Part shown: piece after piece, positions 50,166 through 60,144 of the stretch | Numbering within the stretch: the first letter of the stretch is position 1 | Layout: every line of letters begins with the position of its first letter | Virus record (IMG/VR): IMGVR_UViG_3300036792_000284 | Span: 32,001-96,000 of that record | From: a virus | Length of the DNA: 64,000 nt | Direction: 5' to 3' (one strand) | Translations under genes and position numbers: made by a program | The notes under the pieces: model-generated | Told to the model about the DNA's origin: nothing | What the model saw: the letters and a program-made list of their open reading frames with translations, nothing else | Database searches by the model: none

Positions 50166-51104
50166 TCACCAGCCCGCGACCAGGGACTCCGCCACGCCGT
50201 CGCGGGCGCCGGACCGCCAGGCAGAATCTGCCTGCGCCAGCCGCTGGCGGCAGCGGCGCACGCGGTCGGCGTCGTAGCTCCGGGCGTACCGGGCCACCTG
50301 GCTGGCCACGAACCGGCTGACGTCCTGGCCGGCTACCGCCTCGTGCAGCGAGAGCCCGGCCCGCAGTCCCGCGCCGACCTGCTCGACGGCGGCCAGCCGC
50401 ACGGTCAGCAGGCCGATGACCGCGCCCAGCTCGCCGGGCCCGACCCGGCCGGCCGCCGCCATCGCCGCCCGCCTGCTCCCGGCCATCAGGTGGTCAGCCA
50501 GCTCGCCGCCGGGCTCGGCCGGGCAGGTCACCGCGGCCGAGGGAGCCACCGGCTTCAGCCCGGCCAGCCGGGCCTGCTCGCACGCCTGCCAGGCCCGCTC
50601 CAGGCTCCCGCAGCGGGCCAGCACGTCATGCGCGAAGCCGGCCGACGCGCCCGGCCACCAGGAGGCGACCAGGGCCACCCGGTCCTCCAGTTTCGACGGC
50701 TCGCAGCACCGGATCATCTGGCCCGACTTCGCGGACTTCAGCGTGACCAGGTGCGGGGCGAGCGCCCCGTCCTCCTGCGCGAAGTCACCGTCGCCGGAGA
50801 CGAACACCACGTAGGCGGTCGCCAGGGCCTCCTCCCCGGTAAGCAGGTCCATGTCGGAGGTGTTCTTCAGCTTCTCCGCGCCGTAGACCACGGCCCTCCG
50901 GCCGCCGCCCGGCGGGACCGACAGCAGGTGGTTCCAGATGTCCTGCTCGGGGACGTCCCCGGCGAACAGCGCCACGCACTGGTCCGCCGCCGCGCCCTCA
51001 CGGTGCGCGGCCACCACGTCCCGCACGAGCACCGGCTCGGGGCCGCACACCCACGTGACCCGGCGGACAGGCCTGCTCCGGCTCCACTGCAAATACGTAG
51101 CCAT
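50166..51104 (-). CDS. HolA (delta)-like clamp loader subunit
   Basis: WVCGPEPVLVR...RRAVVYGAEKL inactive AAA+ pattern; ATG at 51104. Confidence 0.6.
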   Translation of the reverse strand: MATYLQWSRSRPVRRVTWVCGPEPVLVRDVVAAHREGAAADQCVALFAGDVPEQDIWNHLLSVPPGGGRRAVVYGAEKLKNTSDMDLLTGEEALATAYVVFVSGDGDFAQEDGALAPHLVTLKSAKSGQMIRCCEPSKLEDRVALVASWWPGASAGFAHDVLARCGSLERAWQACEQARLAGLKPVAPSAAVTCPAEPGGELADHLMAGSRRAAMAAAGRVGPGELGAVIGLLTVRLAAVEQVGAGLRAGLSLHEAVAGQDVSRFVASQVARYARSYDADRVRRCRQRLAQADSAWRSGARDGVAESLVAGW

Positions 51105-51109
51105 GCCTT

Positions 51110-51595
51110 CTAATGCGTGCGAGGGCGCAGCATCCCCGTCTGAGCGGCCAGCTGGCGGATCATCTCGGGCGAGTAGCGGCCTCCTTCGGCCAGCTGCATG
51201 CGCTGGGTCGCCTGGCCGGCCCCGGCCAGCTCCTCCGCAATCTGCATCTCGAACCGCAGGCGTGCCAGCATCGCCCACCGCGGCCCCTCCGGGCCGGCGA
51301 ACGACGAGATCGAGTCGATGAGACTGTTGATCCGGGCATGCACCAGGTAGAGCGGGTCCGGGGAGGTGCCCTGCCGGGCCAGCTCCTCGAACCTCGCCTG
51401 GTTGGCGGCTACCGCCTGCTCGAACTGCGCCTGCAGCACGTCCAGGGAGGGCATCACCGCGGGCTGGGCCACCTGACCCTGCTGGACGTTAGGGCCCGGC
51501 TGGAAACTGCCCGCCGGGTGCTGCGGCGGGGGCGTGCTGTCGCCGGGCTGCACGCGGCGGGTCTTGCGGGGCTGGCCGTTGGGCTGCGAGGTCAC
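51110..51595 (-). CDS. Hypothetical protein
   Basis: AAGGAG RBS. Confidence 0.6.
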   Translation of the reverse strand: MTSQPNGQPRKTRRVQPGDSTPPPQHPAGSFQPGPNVQQGQVAQPAVMPSLDVLQAQFEQAVAANQARFEELARQGTSPDPLYLVHARINSLIDSISSFAGPEGPRWAMLARLRFEMQIAEELAGAGQATQRMQLAEGGRYSPEMIRQLAAQTGMLRPRTH

Positions 51596-51644
51596 GGGGG
51601 CTCCTTACGACGGGGGCGCAGTAACGCCTCAATCGCCCCGCCAA

Positions 51645-52304
51645 TCACTCCTGGCAGAAAACCCGGTCCAGCGCTACCACCGCGCCGAGGCGGGCGCCGG
51701 GGTAGCGGGCCAGCTCGGCCAGCAACCGCAGCGCCTGGTCCCGGCTGACACCCGGCGCGAAGTCCGGGTCGAACACCTGCCACCGGCCGGTGGCGGCCTC
51801 AGCCGCCCACGCCGACAGGAGCCGGGCGTGGGCGGGCAGCCAGGTCCGGGCGGTCTGAGCAAGCAGGCCCGGCCGCCTCGCGCGTGCTGCCTTGATGGCC
51901 GCGCCGACGGCGGTCACGTCCTTCGGGTCCGGCTGCTCGACCTCCTGCGCCTGCCCGAGCACTAGCGTGCGGCATCGGGACAGCACGGTCGGCAGCGGGC
52001 GCCGCTCCGCGGCGAGGATGAACCGGGTGTCCGCCGACGGCTTTTCCAGGACCTTCAGGAGCATGTTCTGCACCTGGGCACTCGCGTTCGCCAGGTTCAG
52101 CGCGATGATCCGGAGCCCCCGCAGCGGGGCCATCCCCGCCTCGGCCCAGACCTCCCGGGCAGCGGCGGCGTCCAGCTCCCACCGGAACGCCCAGCCGTGG
52201 TCGGTGCACGCCTGGAACACCAGGGCCGCGGCGCCGGGGCCGACCACCAGGGTGGCCGGAGGCAGCTCGCCCGCCAACGCGGCGCGTACCTGCTCAGGAG
52301 TCAC
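51645..52304 (-). CDS. HolB (delta-prime)-like clamp loader subunit
   Basis: QNMLLKVLEKP...FILAA...LPTVLSRC. Confidence 0.8.
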   Translation of the reverse strand: MTPEQVRAALAGELPPATLVVGPGAAALVFQACTDHGWAFRWELDAAAAREVWAEAGMAPLRGLRIIALNLANASAQVQNMLLKVLEKPSADTRFILAAERRPLPTVLSRCRTLVLGQAQEVEQPDPKDVTAVGAAIKAARARRPGLLAQTARTWLPAHARLLSAWAAEAATGRWQVFDPDFAPGVSRDQALRLLAELARYPGARLGAVVALDRVFCQE

Positions 52305-52737
52305 GCTTCCCCACCTCGATCCAGACGTCATACTCGGTCCCGATCCAGTCCATGCTGGTGTACTTCTCTACGTGCAGGTCCACCGTGACCGGGCCCCGCC
52401 AGCCGTAGGTAAACCAGCCACCGCGGTCAGTGCCGTTGACCTCGACGCTCCCGTAGCGGAGGCCGAGCACGTAGCCGGGGTAGACCTCGAACTCGCCGGT
52501 CAGCAGGTCCTGGCCGTCCGGGCACAGGTCATCGACACCGGCCGGGCACTTGCGGCAGTGCAACCACGTCCCGTCGTCCGGGTCGATGTGCAGGTACCAG
52601 TCGTGGCCGGGGCACCGGTTGACGAACAGCGCCCGCCAGGCCTCGCCCTCCAGGTCGGGCCCGTACCGCCAGAGGCGGTCGTGCTCGGCGACTTCCTCGT
52701 CCGACAGGATGCGCCACTCCAGCTTCGCGGCCTTCAT
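52294..52737 (-). CDS. Hypothetical protein with Cys motifs
   Basis: CPGH...CRKC. Confidence 0.6.
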   Translation of the reverse strand: MKAAKLEWRILSDEEVAEHDRLWRYGPDLEGEAWRALFVNRCPGHDWYLHIDPDDGTWLHCRKCPAGVDDLCPDGQDLLTGEFEVYPGYVLGLRYGSVEVNGTDRGGWFTYGWRGPVTVDLHVEKYTSMDWIGTEYDVWIEVGKRDS

Positions 52738-53930
52738 GCCGCCGCCAGCAGCCGGACCGCCTCCAGGGCAGCCTCCACCTTGTCCCCGTCAAACCCGGAC
52801 AGCCGGGTGATGACCGACTCCAGCTCCGCCCACAGGGCTGCGCTGGGGGTCTCGGTCACAGCCTCAACCACAGGCTCGGCCACAGGAGCGTCCGCAGGGA
52901 CGTCTTCGACCAGGCGCTCCAGGCCGTAGATCAGGGCCTGCTTGACCCGGCCGAAGTGCCCCTCGGCGTGCCGGCGGGGCGGCACGCGCAGGTGCGGGTA
53001 CTGCTGCATGACCGCCTCGGCGAACCCGAGGTACCAGGTCTTGCCCGCCCCGGCCAGCCGGTGCCCGGCGTCCTTGAACGCCGGCAGCACCCGGTTGCCG
53101 CGCGAGTTCTTCAGCGCGGTCGCCGCCGCGCGGACCTCGTCCAGCGACAGCAGCAGCCCGCCCAGCTCGACGCCGCCGGAGGCCATGGCGCGCAGCTCCT
53201 CGAACCAGGCCGCCGTCTCCGGCTCGCACGCGGTCATCGGCACGAAGTCGGGCACGACAGGCGCGGGCGCCGGGGCCTCGACGGGCCGGTGGCTGGTGAC
53301 CTCGCGCAGCGTGTCTTTCAGCTCGGCGAACCACGCCTCGGCCTCCTCCGCGCTCATGCCGAACTGGCGGCGCACCGCGGCAGCCGAAACGCTCTTGCCG
53401 TCGGCGGACCGCTCCGCCAGCGCGTCGAACAGGGGAAGGACGGGCAGGCCGCTGGGGCCCGGGTCGCGGGCCGCCAGCTCCTCACGCAGCCAGTCCATCG
53501 CGTCGCTGCCGGCCAGTGACGGGTACTCGTCACTGGTGCCCAGGTAGTCGACTACGCGGGTGCTCTGCGCGCCGCCCTCCTCGTGCGCGCCGGCCGCGTT
53601 GTCCAGCACCAGCAGCTCGCGCCCGTTGCGGCGGGTGAGCGTCTCGCGCAGGCCGCGGCAGTACAGCGGCACCTTGGCCATGATGAACGCCTTGAACCGC
53701 ACCGGCTGGCCGGTGTAGTCGCTGATGCGGCCTGACTCGTACTGAGCCATCGCATCGTTTTTCACGAACTGCTGAAAGATGTACTGCAGCCCGTCGTCTA
53801 CGTCCTCGCGGCGCGCGGCGGGACCCAGGTGCCGCCACACGATCCGCCTGATTTCGTCGCCGTACTCCAGGAACAAGTCCCCGTAATCTGTCGGCGCGGT
53901 GAATGCAGCAGCCGAACACGAAGAAGCCAC
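52734..53930 (-). CDS. ECF-like sigma factor region-2 protein with C-terminal extension
   Basis: LFLEYGDEIRRIVWRHLG...EDVDDGLQYIF...FKAFI...CRGLR. Confidence 0.55.
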   Translation of the reverse strand: MASSCSAAAFTAPTDYGDLFLEYGDEIRRIVWRHLGPAARREDVDDGLQYIFQQFVKNDAMAQYESGRISDYTGQPVRFKAFIMAKVPLYCRGLRETLTRRNGRELLVLDNAAGAHEEGGAQSTRVVDYLGTSDEYPSLAGSDAMDWLREELAARDPGPSGLPVLPLFDALAERSADGKSVSAAAVRRQFGMSAEEAEAWFAELKDTLREVTSHRPVEAPAPAPVVPDFVPMTACEPETAAWFEELRAMASGGVELGGLLLSLDEVRAAATALKNSRGNRVLPAFKDAGHRLAGAGKTWYLGFAEAVMQQYPHLRVPPRRHAEGHFGRVKQALIYGLERLVEDVPADAPVAEPVVEAVTETPSAALWAELESVITRLSGFDGDKVEAALEAVRLLAAA

Positions 53931-53969
53931 AAAGAACTCCCCACGAAACCTAACCTCACCAGTAGGTCG

Positions 53970-53998
53970 AGAGTAGTCCTCTGCTTAACTCCCGTCAA
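53970..53998 (-). promoter_or_regulatory. Sigma-A-type promoter
   Basis: TTGACG-N17-TACTCT. Confidence 0.75.
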
Positions 53999-54027
53999 GT
54001 TGATCTACGGATAATCCGGCAGAAGGG

Positions 54028-54342
54028 CTACCACACCGCGGCATACTGCTCGCGGGCCTTCTGCAGGGAGCCGGTGCCGACCGTGATCCGCGAGCCAGGG
54101 ACATCCGATGAGCCCGTCTCGTCGGTCTCCTGCAGCAGCACGCCGCGCCGGCCGAGGTTGGTGCTCAGCAGCGAACGGAACGCCGCACCGTCTGGATTAT
54201 CAGGAAGCTGGACCGGCAGCTCGAACCGGCCGCGGTCGAACGTCACGGTCACGCCGTCCTGCTGCACGGTGCCGGACACCTCCTCGGCCACGCGCCACTT
54301 CCGGCCGCTGAACAGCTCGTCCCACATGCCGGTCGTGCTCAC
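54028..54342 (-). CDS. Hypothetical protein
   Basis: ORF track. Confidence 0.65.
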   Translation of the reverse strand: MSTTGMWDELFSGRKWRVAEEVSGTVQQDGVTVTFDRGRFELPVQLPDNPDGAAFRSLLSTNLGRRGVLLQETDETGSSDVPGSRITVGTGSLQKAREQYAAVW

Positions 54343-54612
54343 CTAGTCCTCCAGCGGGTCCTTTACCTGGAACCGGGCGACAGACGCCGCCCTGCGGCCC
54401 TGGGTATCGGCGATCCGGAGTTTGAGGTCGGCCTCGTGCTCAGCCGGGCGGTCATCGCGGCGCCAGCGCTGGTACTCCTCAGCGGCGCCGAGCGCGGCGG
54501 CGGGGTCCTTCTGGTACAGCGCCGCCCAGTCCGCGCACATAATCACATGCAGGACGATCGGCTTCAGTTCGCCGGTCTTCCGGCAGCCCGCACAGCGCCC
54601 CTGCTCCCTCAT
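54343..54612 (-). CDS. Hypothetical protein (CAGC...H...C)
   Basis: ORF track. Confidence 0.6.
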   Translation of the reverse strand: MREQGRCAGCRKTGELKPIVLHVIMCADWAALYQKDPAAALGAAEEYQRWRRDDRPAEHEADLKLRIADTQGRRAASVARFQVKDPLED

Positions 54613-54627
54613 GCCTGCTGCTACGCC

Positions 54628-54864
54628 TTACCCGAGAAGGAAGGCGAGCGTCCCGGCCCGCGCGCGCCGTTCCTGCTCTCCGTCGATGTGCCTGCACAGG
54701 CCGTCGGAGCGCGCCTGGTAGCGGAAACCGCGGCAGCTGCACATCCAGGTGCCGTCGGCGAGCCGGCTGACCCGGTAGATGAGTTCCGGGTCGCGGGCGG
54801 AGGGCACCTCGGCCTCGAACGCCGTCTCCGGTGCCCCCGGGTCCGCGGAGACGGAAACCCTCAT
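54628..54864 (-). CDS. SWIM zinc-finger protein
   Basis: YRV...WMCSCRGF...LCRHI. Confidence 0.75.
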   Translation of the reverse strand: MRVSVSADPGAPETAFEAEVPSARDPELIYRVSRLADGTWMCSCRGFRYQARSDGLCRHIDGEQERRARAGTLAFLLG

Positions 54865-55151
54865 GTGAGGGCTTCTGCCACGACAGTGAACGAGCCGGTC
54901 AGCTCCGGCGCCGGGCCGGGCACGTACGCCACCTGCCCGCTGCCTGCTTCTCCCGTGAAGTGGCCGAGCAGCCCGGGCACGGTGACGTTGACGACCGGCG
55001 GCACCGCCGCGCGCTCGATGTCCGCGCGGTGCACCACATTCAGGCAGTGCCTCGCGGTCACCCGGTCCGGCCAGTTGTCCTGCACGTGGTCGAACGCCGG
55101 GGCCGCGTCGTCAGGCGGCCACGGCACGCTCGTGTCCAGAGGATGGGACAT
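54861..55151 (-). CDS. Hypothetical protein
   Basis: ORF track. Confidence 0.55.
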   Translation of the reverse strand: MSHPLDTSVPWPPDDAAPAFDHVQDNWPDRVTARHCLNVVHRADIERAAVPPVVNVTVPGLLGHFTGEAGSGQVAYVPGPAPELTGSFTVVAEALT

Positions 55152-55160
55152 GCCCGCACC

Positions 55161-55448
55161 TTACCTGGCAGCAACCTCGGCGTCCGGCTGCTCGTCATAC
55201 CCGGCCGCCGCGCGCTGGGTCTTGACCAGTTCCGCCACTTCCTTGGTGCTCACCACGTAGAGCGCCGGACGCCCACCCGCCCCGCGGATTTTGTGGATCG
55301 TCTTCCACTTGCCTTCCTTCTTCATCTGGAAGAGCCTCTGCCTCGTCGCGGACAGGTCCTCCCCGGCCGCGGGCAGGGACACCCAGCCTTCCAGCTCCGG
55401 AACGTCGTCATCGAAGTCGTCCGGCACCCGCACATTACTTGAAGCCAT
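55161..55448 (-). CDS. Small HTH DNA-binding protein
   Basis: WVSLPAAGEDLSATRQRLFQM; GGAGG RBS. Confidence 0.65.
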   Translation of the reverse strand: MASSNVRVPDDFDDDVPELEGWVSLPAAGEDLSATRQRLFQMKKEGKWKTIHKIRGAGGRPALYVVSTKEVAELVKTQRAAAGYDEQPDAEVAAR

Positions 55449-55500
55449 CAGTCGCCCTCCGTCTGCCCGTCAGGGCATAAGTTTCCTGTCTCCAAGACAC

Positions 55501-55530
55501 AGCTTAACCTGAGTTAAGTCACTTTGCCAA
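55501..55530 (-). promoter_or_regulatory. Possible sigma-A-type promoter
   Basis: TTGGCA-N18-TAAGCT. Confidence 0.45.
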
Positions 55531-56058
55531 GTGCGGGTTCAGGACGCGCCTCATAGCCACCTTGCACCCCGTCAGCCACTTGTCGCAGTCCTCCTCCGTC
55601 TGCACCCTGGGCAGCAGGCCGAGGCACTGCGACAGCTTCCCCGCCACGGCAGCGTCGTACTGCCGGGTCCGCCAGTCCGGGCAGTACGTCTCGCACCAGG
55701 TGCGCAGGGCTGTGGCCAGGTCGTCCCGGGCCGGCTCCGGGCGCCGCGAGGCATCCACCCACAGGCGCCCGTAGTCGTCGACCTCGTAGCCGATCCGCTT
55801 CAGCGCCGCACGGGCGGCGTCCTCCGGCTCCATCTGCCATTTCTCGGCCAGCAGGGTCACGGTGGTGAAGTAGCGCTGCTCGCCGAAGCACCACCCGTGG
55901 TCGGAGTACACGCGCAGCGCGTCCCGCTCTTCGCACGCCGGGCAGGTCGCCTTCATGCCGCGCTCGCGCGCCGCGTCGGGCAGCTTCACCCACTGCAGCG
56001 CCAGGGTGAACGCAACCTGCTCGTTGGCGGTGGCAACGGCCGACTTCGGGCGCTGCAT
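55519..56058 (-). CDS. Primase-type zinc-binding domain protein
   Basis: CPACEE...HGWCFG; coupled to dnaB; ATG at 56058. Confidence 0.6.
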   Translation of the reverse strand: MQRPKSAVATANEQVAFTLALQWVKLPDAARERGMKATCPACEERDALRVYSDHGWCFGEQRYFTTVTLLAEKWQMEPEDAARAALKRIGYEVDDYGRLWVDASRRPEPARDDLATALRTWCETYCPDWRTRQYDAAVAGKLSQCLGLLPRVQTEEDCDKWLTGCKVAMRRVLNPHLAK

Positions 56059-57518
56059 CAGAGGTCCAGGTCGGGATAGTCCTCCGCCGCCACGTCGTCC
56101 CGGTCGGAAAAGTGGCTGTTGGCGAAGTCGGCGGTCAGCGGGAACTTCGCGCCCCGGGGCCCGTCGCGGTACTTCAGCACCTTCGCCGTCAGCGCGACGG
56201 CCCGGCCGTGGGATTCGTCTTCCCCGGCGGCCATGAGGCCCAGCACCATGCCCGGGGTCCGGCCGGCCTCGATCGTCTCCGACAGGTCTTCCAGCCGGTA
56301 CTCGCCGCTGCTGCGCATCGAGCCGATGCCCTCTTTGTTGACCTGCCACGGCGAGATGACCGGCACGCCCCGGCCGTGCAGGAACGACTGAGCCCAGCGC
56401 TGCGTCCCCTTGAGGATGCCGCCCTGGCTCTCGTTCAGCCGGGAGTCCCGCGTCCGCCTCTCCGGGTCAAGCAGTTGCAGGTAGTCGATGATGACCAGGT
56501 CCGGAGCTACCTGGCGCGAGATCGCGGCGGCGCGCGCGGTCAGCACCGACAGCGTGCACGTCTCGGGCATCTGCACGACGTGCAGCATCCCGTAGCCGCC
56601 GTTTTTCAGGTCGTCGACCACGGCGGCCAGCGCGCGCTCCCCCTCCTCGCCCAGGCGGCCCGACCGGATGAGGCGGGTGTCGAGGCCGCGCGGCAGGCCG
56701 AACTTCGGGTGCCGCGAGTGCCGGGCCACCAGCTTGATCCGCACCGCGTTGCGGTGCTGCTCGGTGGTGAAGATGACAACGTTCTTGCCCTGGTTCACCG
56801 CGTTGTGCCAGGCACACTGCACGCACAGGCTCGACTTGCCGGCGGTCATGGCCGCGGCGACGAGCCCCAGCTCCCCGTTGCCGATGCCGCCGTCCAGGTG
56901 GTCGTCCAGCGTAGGGATGCCGAACTCGATGCCGGGCACCCGCCCGGACTTCCGCTGCTCTTTCACCGCCGCGTAGACGGCCAGGATGTCGTCGCCCTCG
57001 GCCCGGACGTCGCCCTCCGGGCTGTCCTGGGCGCCGCCGGCGCGCTCGGCGACGGCGAACGCGGCCACCACGTACGCACGTGCCTCGGCGTGCCCGACAA
57101 GGGGTTCTCCGGTGTGCTCGTCGCGCACCTCCTCGCCCGGCCGCGGGTTCATGATCCGCATGGCGACCGCCATCGCGTCGCCGGTGGCACGCTCGGCCGC
57201 CAAGTCGCGCAGCTGGGCGACCGAGTGAAGGAACTCGTGCCGCTCGGGGGCCGCCGCGGCCAGCGCATCGTAGGCCTCGCCGAACATCTGCACGGTGCCC
57301 GGCTTCTTGCCGCGCAGCAGGTCCCCGAGCGCGGCCCGGGTCATGATGCCCTCGTTGGCGTCGGCGTAGCGGATCAGCAGGAGGAAGAGCCGCTGCTGCA
57401 CCGTGTCGGTGAAGTGCTCCGGGCCCAGCCGGGACGCCGCGTAGTCCAGCGCCCGCGTGGACCCGCCGGCGGCCACGACCGCCGACAGCACGGTCTTGCC
57501 GTGAGCTACCGCGTCCAT
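56058..57518 (-). CDS. dnaB: Replicative helicase
   Basis: AAMTAGKS, IFTTE, IIDYLQL, SPWQ, KYRDG. Confidence 0.9.
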   Translation of the reverse strand: MDAVAHGKTVLSAVVAAGGSTRALDYAASRLGPEHFTDTVQQRLFLLLIRYADANEGIMTRAALGDLLRGKKPGTVQMFGEAYDALAAAAPERHEFLHSVAQLRDLAAERATGDAMAVAMRIMNPRPGEEVRDEHTGEPLVGHAEARAYVVAAFAVAERAGGAQDSPEGDVRAEGDDILAVYAAVKEQRKSGRVPGIEFGIPTLDDHLDGGIGNGELGLVAAAMTAGKSSLCVQCAWHNAVNQGKNVVIFTTEQHRNAVRIKLVARHSRHPKFGLPRGLDTRLIRSGRLGEEGERALAAVVDDLKNGGYGMLHVVQMPETCTLSVLTARAAAISRQVAPDLVIIDYLQLLDPERRTRDSRLNESQGGILKGTQRWAQSFLHGRGVPVISPWQVNKEGIGSMRSSGEYRLEDLSETIEAGRTPGMVLGLMAAGEDESHGRAVALTAKVLKYRDGPRGAKFPLTADFANSHFSDRDDVAAEDYPDLDL

Positions 57519-58187
57519 CTACGCCGCCTCCGCGCTCAGGTAGGCCGCCGCGTGCGCGGCCACGTAGGCGGTCATGTAACCGGGCGCGGCCTCCATCAGC
57601 ATCTCGCGCGGTACGTACCGGGCCACGTCCATCAGCTCACGGGCCCGCCCGATGGGGGCGACATGCCCGGCCAGCGACATCACCGTGCCGGGCACCCAGT
57701 GCCCGGCCTTGCTGGCCCGCATGGTGTGGTCCCGGTGCCGCATCGGCGGGATGGCCAGCCCGTTGCCGGCCTCGAACCCGCGGTGGCGGTACAGCTCGTA
57801 GCCGAAAGTCCACGCGCACAGCCAGGTGGGGTCCAGCAGCGGCGAGCCCTCCACGTTCTCGATGACGTAGGGCACGCCCGCCTCGATGAGCCGGGGCCGC
57901 ATCGGGGTGATGAGGTCCGGGTACTCCAGGTTGAGTCCCGGGCGGCAGCGGAGCATCTTGCTCCACCGCTGGCACGGGGCGCCGAGGTGCACGAAGTCGT
58001 ACGCGCGCAGCTCCTCGATGCTCACCGTCAGCATGTCCCGGCACTGGAACTCGCCCGGGTAGTACTCGCCGACGTCCGGGTTGTTGTCGACGCCGGTCAT
58101 CTTGAATCCGGCCTTGATGTAGCCGTCTGTGGAAATGCCTACCCCGGAGCCGAGGTCCAGGCCCCGCCAGCCCGCCCAGACGGCCAT
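57519..58187 (-). CDS. C5-cytosine DNA methyltransferase-like protein
   Basis: LDLGSGVG, APCQ, IENV, RHR. Confidence 0.8.
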   Translation of the reverse strand: MAVWAGWRGLDLGSGVGISTDGYIKAGFKMTGVDNNPDVGEYYPGEFQCRDMLTVSIEELRAYDFVHLGAPCQRWSKMLRCRPGLNLEYPDLITPMRPRLIEAGVPYVIENVEGSPLLDPTWLCAWTFGYELYRHRGFEAGNGLAIPPMRHRDHTMRASKAGHWVPGTVMSLAGHVAPIGRARELMDVARYVPREMLMEAAPGYMTAYVAAHAAAYLSAEAA

Positions 58188-58729
58188 AACTCCGCCTGGC
58201 GGAAGGCCCTGACGTCCTGGCCAGGCTCGAACGCAACCTGGTTACCGGCGATTCCGGTTAGAAGGATCTTCATGCCTACTGCTACGTCCGGGATGCCGGC
58301 CACCGTCTCGTACCTGATGACGGTCTCGGTGCTCGCGACGCGGAACGCCTGACCGCCGACGGCCACCATGTCGTCTTTCTCCACCATGTCGGCCCGGCAG
58401 TTAGTCCACTGCCGGCCGTGCCGGTCCAGGTCGAACCGCGGGCGCCGAAACGGCGGGGGGATGACCCGGCGGGTGGCGGGCATCTTCGGCAGGTGCTCGC
58501 CGTCGAACGTGGTGCGCCGGGCCGCCTCGGCCGGGCTAATGGCCACCAGGTCCTCGGCGTGCACCGGAGACGTGGCAGCGGCAGTCTGGGCGGCGACCTG
58601 CTCCAGGGCGGCGCCGCTCATGAACGCCTCCATGGGCGGCGCCGGGCGCTTGCCTGCGTAGAAGGCGTCTACGTCACGCCCGAGAGACTCGGGGATCTCC
58701 AGAATGTGGCCCGGCTTGTCGTCGCTCAC
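58139..58729 (-). CDS. Hypothetical protein
   Basis: GTG 58729 preferred; trimmed from the track ORF. Confidence 0.55.
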   Translation of the reverse strand: MSDDKPGHILEIPESLGRDVDAFYAGKRPAPPMEAFMSGAALEQVAAQTAAATSPVHAEDLVAISPAEAARRTTFDGEHLPKMPATRRVIPPPFRRPRFDLDRHGRQWTNCRADMVEKDDMVAVGGQAFRVASTETVIRYETVAGIPDVAVGMKILLTGIAGNQVAFEPGQDVRAFRQAELWPSGRAGGAWTSAPG

Positions 58730-59144
58730 TGCTCGCCCTCCCGTGGTCGGCTGCACGATCGGCGGCGAGGACGACGCGGCCCTTCCGGGTGCGGACGACC
58801 AGCCCGCACCCGGAGCACTTCCCCTTTTTCCAGATCCATGCGAACCGGCCGGCCGCAGACAGCACCTTATTGCCGTCGCAGTCCCAATGCGGGAAATACG
58901 GGCCAAAAGGACCTATCCGCCCGCAGTAACACACCCGGTACTCCGGGCTCAGCTCGTAACACCCGTGCAGCGTGATGCCGATGCTGGCGCCGTGCTCGGC
59001 CGGGCACTCGTGCCGCACCACCCGCCAGAACGGCAGCACGTACTCGTCAGGCGGGCTGGCCTCGTTCAGGAGATCGAGCGCCGCCTGCCGGGCCTCGCGG
59101 AACGCGCGCCCGGCCTGCTTCTCAGCCGACGTGAGCGCCGTCAA
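58674..59144 (-). CDS. Cys-containing hypothetical protein
   Basis: CYCG, CSGCG. Confidence 0.55.
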   Translation of the reverse strand: MTALTSAEKQAGRAFREARQAALDLLNEASPPDEYVLPFWRVVRHECPAEHGASIGITLHGCYELSPEYRVCYCGRIGPFGPYFPHWDCDGNKVLSAAGRFAWIWKKGKCSGCGLVVRTRKGRVVLAADRAADHGRASSERRQAGPHSGDPRVSRA

Positions 59145-59452
59145 AGGGGACGCTGCATCTCTGCCAGCAGCTCAGCGTCAACCGGCCCCTCCAGAACCTC
59201 GCCACCGTAGTGCCGGCTGCGCGCATTGGCCTCGGCGAACGTCATAGCGAACTGGTAGTACGCCTCGCGCGGCTGGTCCGCCATAACGTGCTCTACAGTC
59301 TCACGCGCGCTCTTGCGGGCATCATTCGCAGCCTTTTCGGCGAAGTACTCAACCACCTCGTCCGGGGTCCCGTCCCAGCACACCCACGTGTCGGAGTAAC
59401 TGCTGAAAACTGCCAGCTTGCCATCCGGCTGCTTAATCACCTGGTAGGCCAT
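59141..59452 (-). CDS. Hypothetical protein
   Basis: ORF track. Confidence 0.65.
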   Translation of the reverse strand: MAYQVIKQPDGKLAVFSSYSDTWVCWDGTPDEVVEYFAEKAANDARKSARETVEHVMADQPREAYYQFAMTFAEANARSRHYGGEVLEGPVDAELLAEMQRPL

Positions 59453-60144
59453 AAGGCCACCACCTTCACCATCGCCTCGTGTATCTCCAAGACCGCCCCC
59501 TGGTGGAGCCGGGCGGCCTCGTCAGTTGATACGCCGGCGTAGCTGGCCAGCTCGGCCAAGGGCATCCCGTGGTAGAAGTGCAGCGCCAGCACGACCCGGG
59601 CCGCCTCCCCGAGACGTCGCACGACGCCGGACACCGCGGCCAGCACCTCCGACACCACCGCCTGGCCCTCCACGTCGTCCTCGCCGGCGACGTCGTGCGG
59701 CTCGGCGTCGATGCTCACCGGGCGGGCGGCCACCGCGGCCAGGGTGTCGCGCACCTCGGCGAGGCTCAGCCCGCTCGCCTTCGCCAGCTGGGCCTCGGTC
59801 AGCCCCCGGTCCTGCCCGGCCTCCCGCAGCGCCTTCACCTTGCCCCGGGCGCTGCGCGTCACCCAGTCCTGGGACCGCAGGTGGTCCAGGATCGAGCCGC
59901 GCATGCGCCGGGTGCAGTAGACGCGGAAGTACTCGAACCGCTCCGGGTCGTAGCCGTGCTCGGCGCAGAACACCGGCCAGCGGTGCGCGGCGGCGGCCAG
60001 CCCGGACAGCGCCAGCGCCTCCAGCTCGTCCATCTCCAGCGCGTGCGGGGCCCGCTGCCACACCCGGTAGGCCTCGGCGCGAGCGGACGGCACAATCTCC
60101 GTCGTCATCTCGGCAATCTTCGCCTTGAAAGCAGCGTCATCCAT
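59437..60144 (-). CDS. FliA/WhiG (sigma28)-family sigma factor
   Basis: RRMRGSILDHLRSQDWVTRSAR, VSID, VLALHFYHGMPLAELA. Confidence 0.88.
   Translation of the reverse strand: MDDAAFKAKIAEMTTEIVPSARAEAYRVWQRAPHALEMDELEALALSGLAAAAHRWPVFCAEHGYDPERFEYFRVYCTRRMRGSILDHLRSQDWVTRSARGKVKALREAGQDRGLTEAQLAKASGLSLAEVRDTLAAVAARPVSIDAEPHDVAGEDDVEGQAVVSEVLAAVSGVVRRLGEAARVVLALHFYHGMPLAELASYAGVSTDEAARLHQGAVLEIHEAMVKVVALWPTR

Noticed and set aside
55161-55448. Excisionase implying a prophage
   Set aside because: Generic HTH; no integrase, att site or host genes in the window.
43696-57518. Inteins in RecA, polymerase or DnaB
   Set aside because: Lengths are normal, motifs are contiguous, and no C/S...HN splice junctions were seen.
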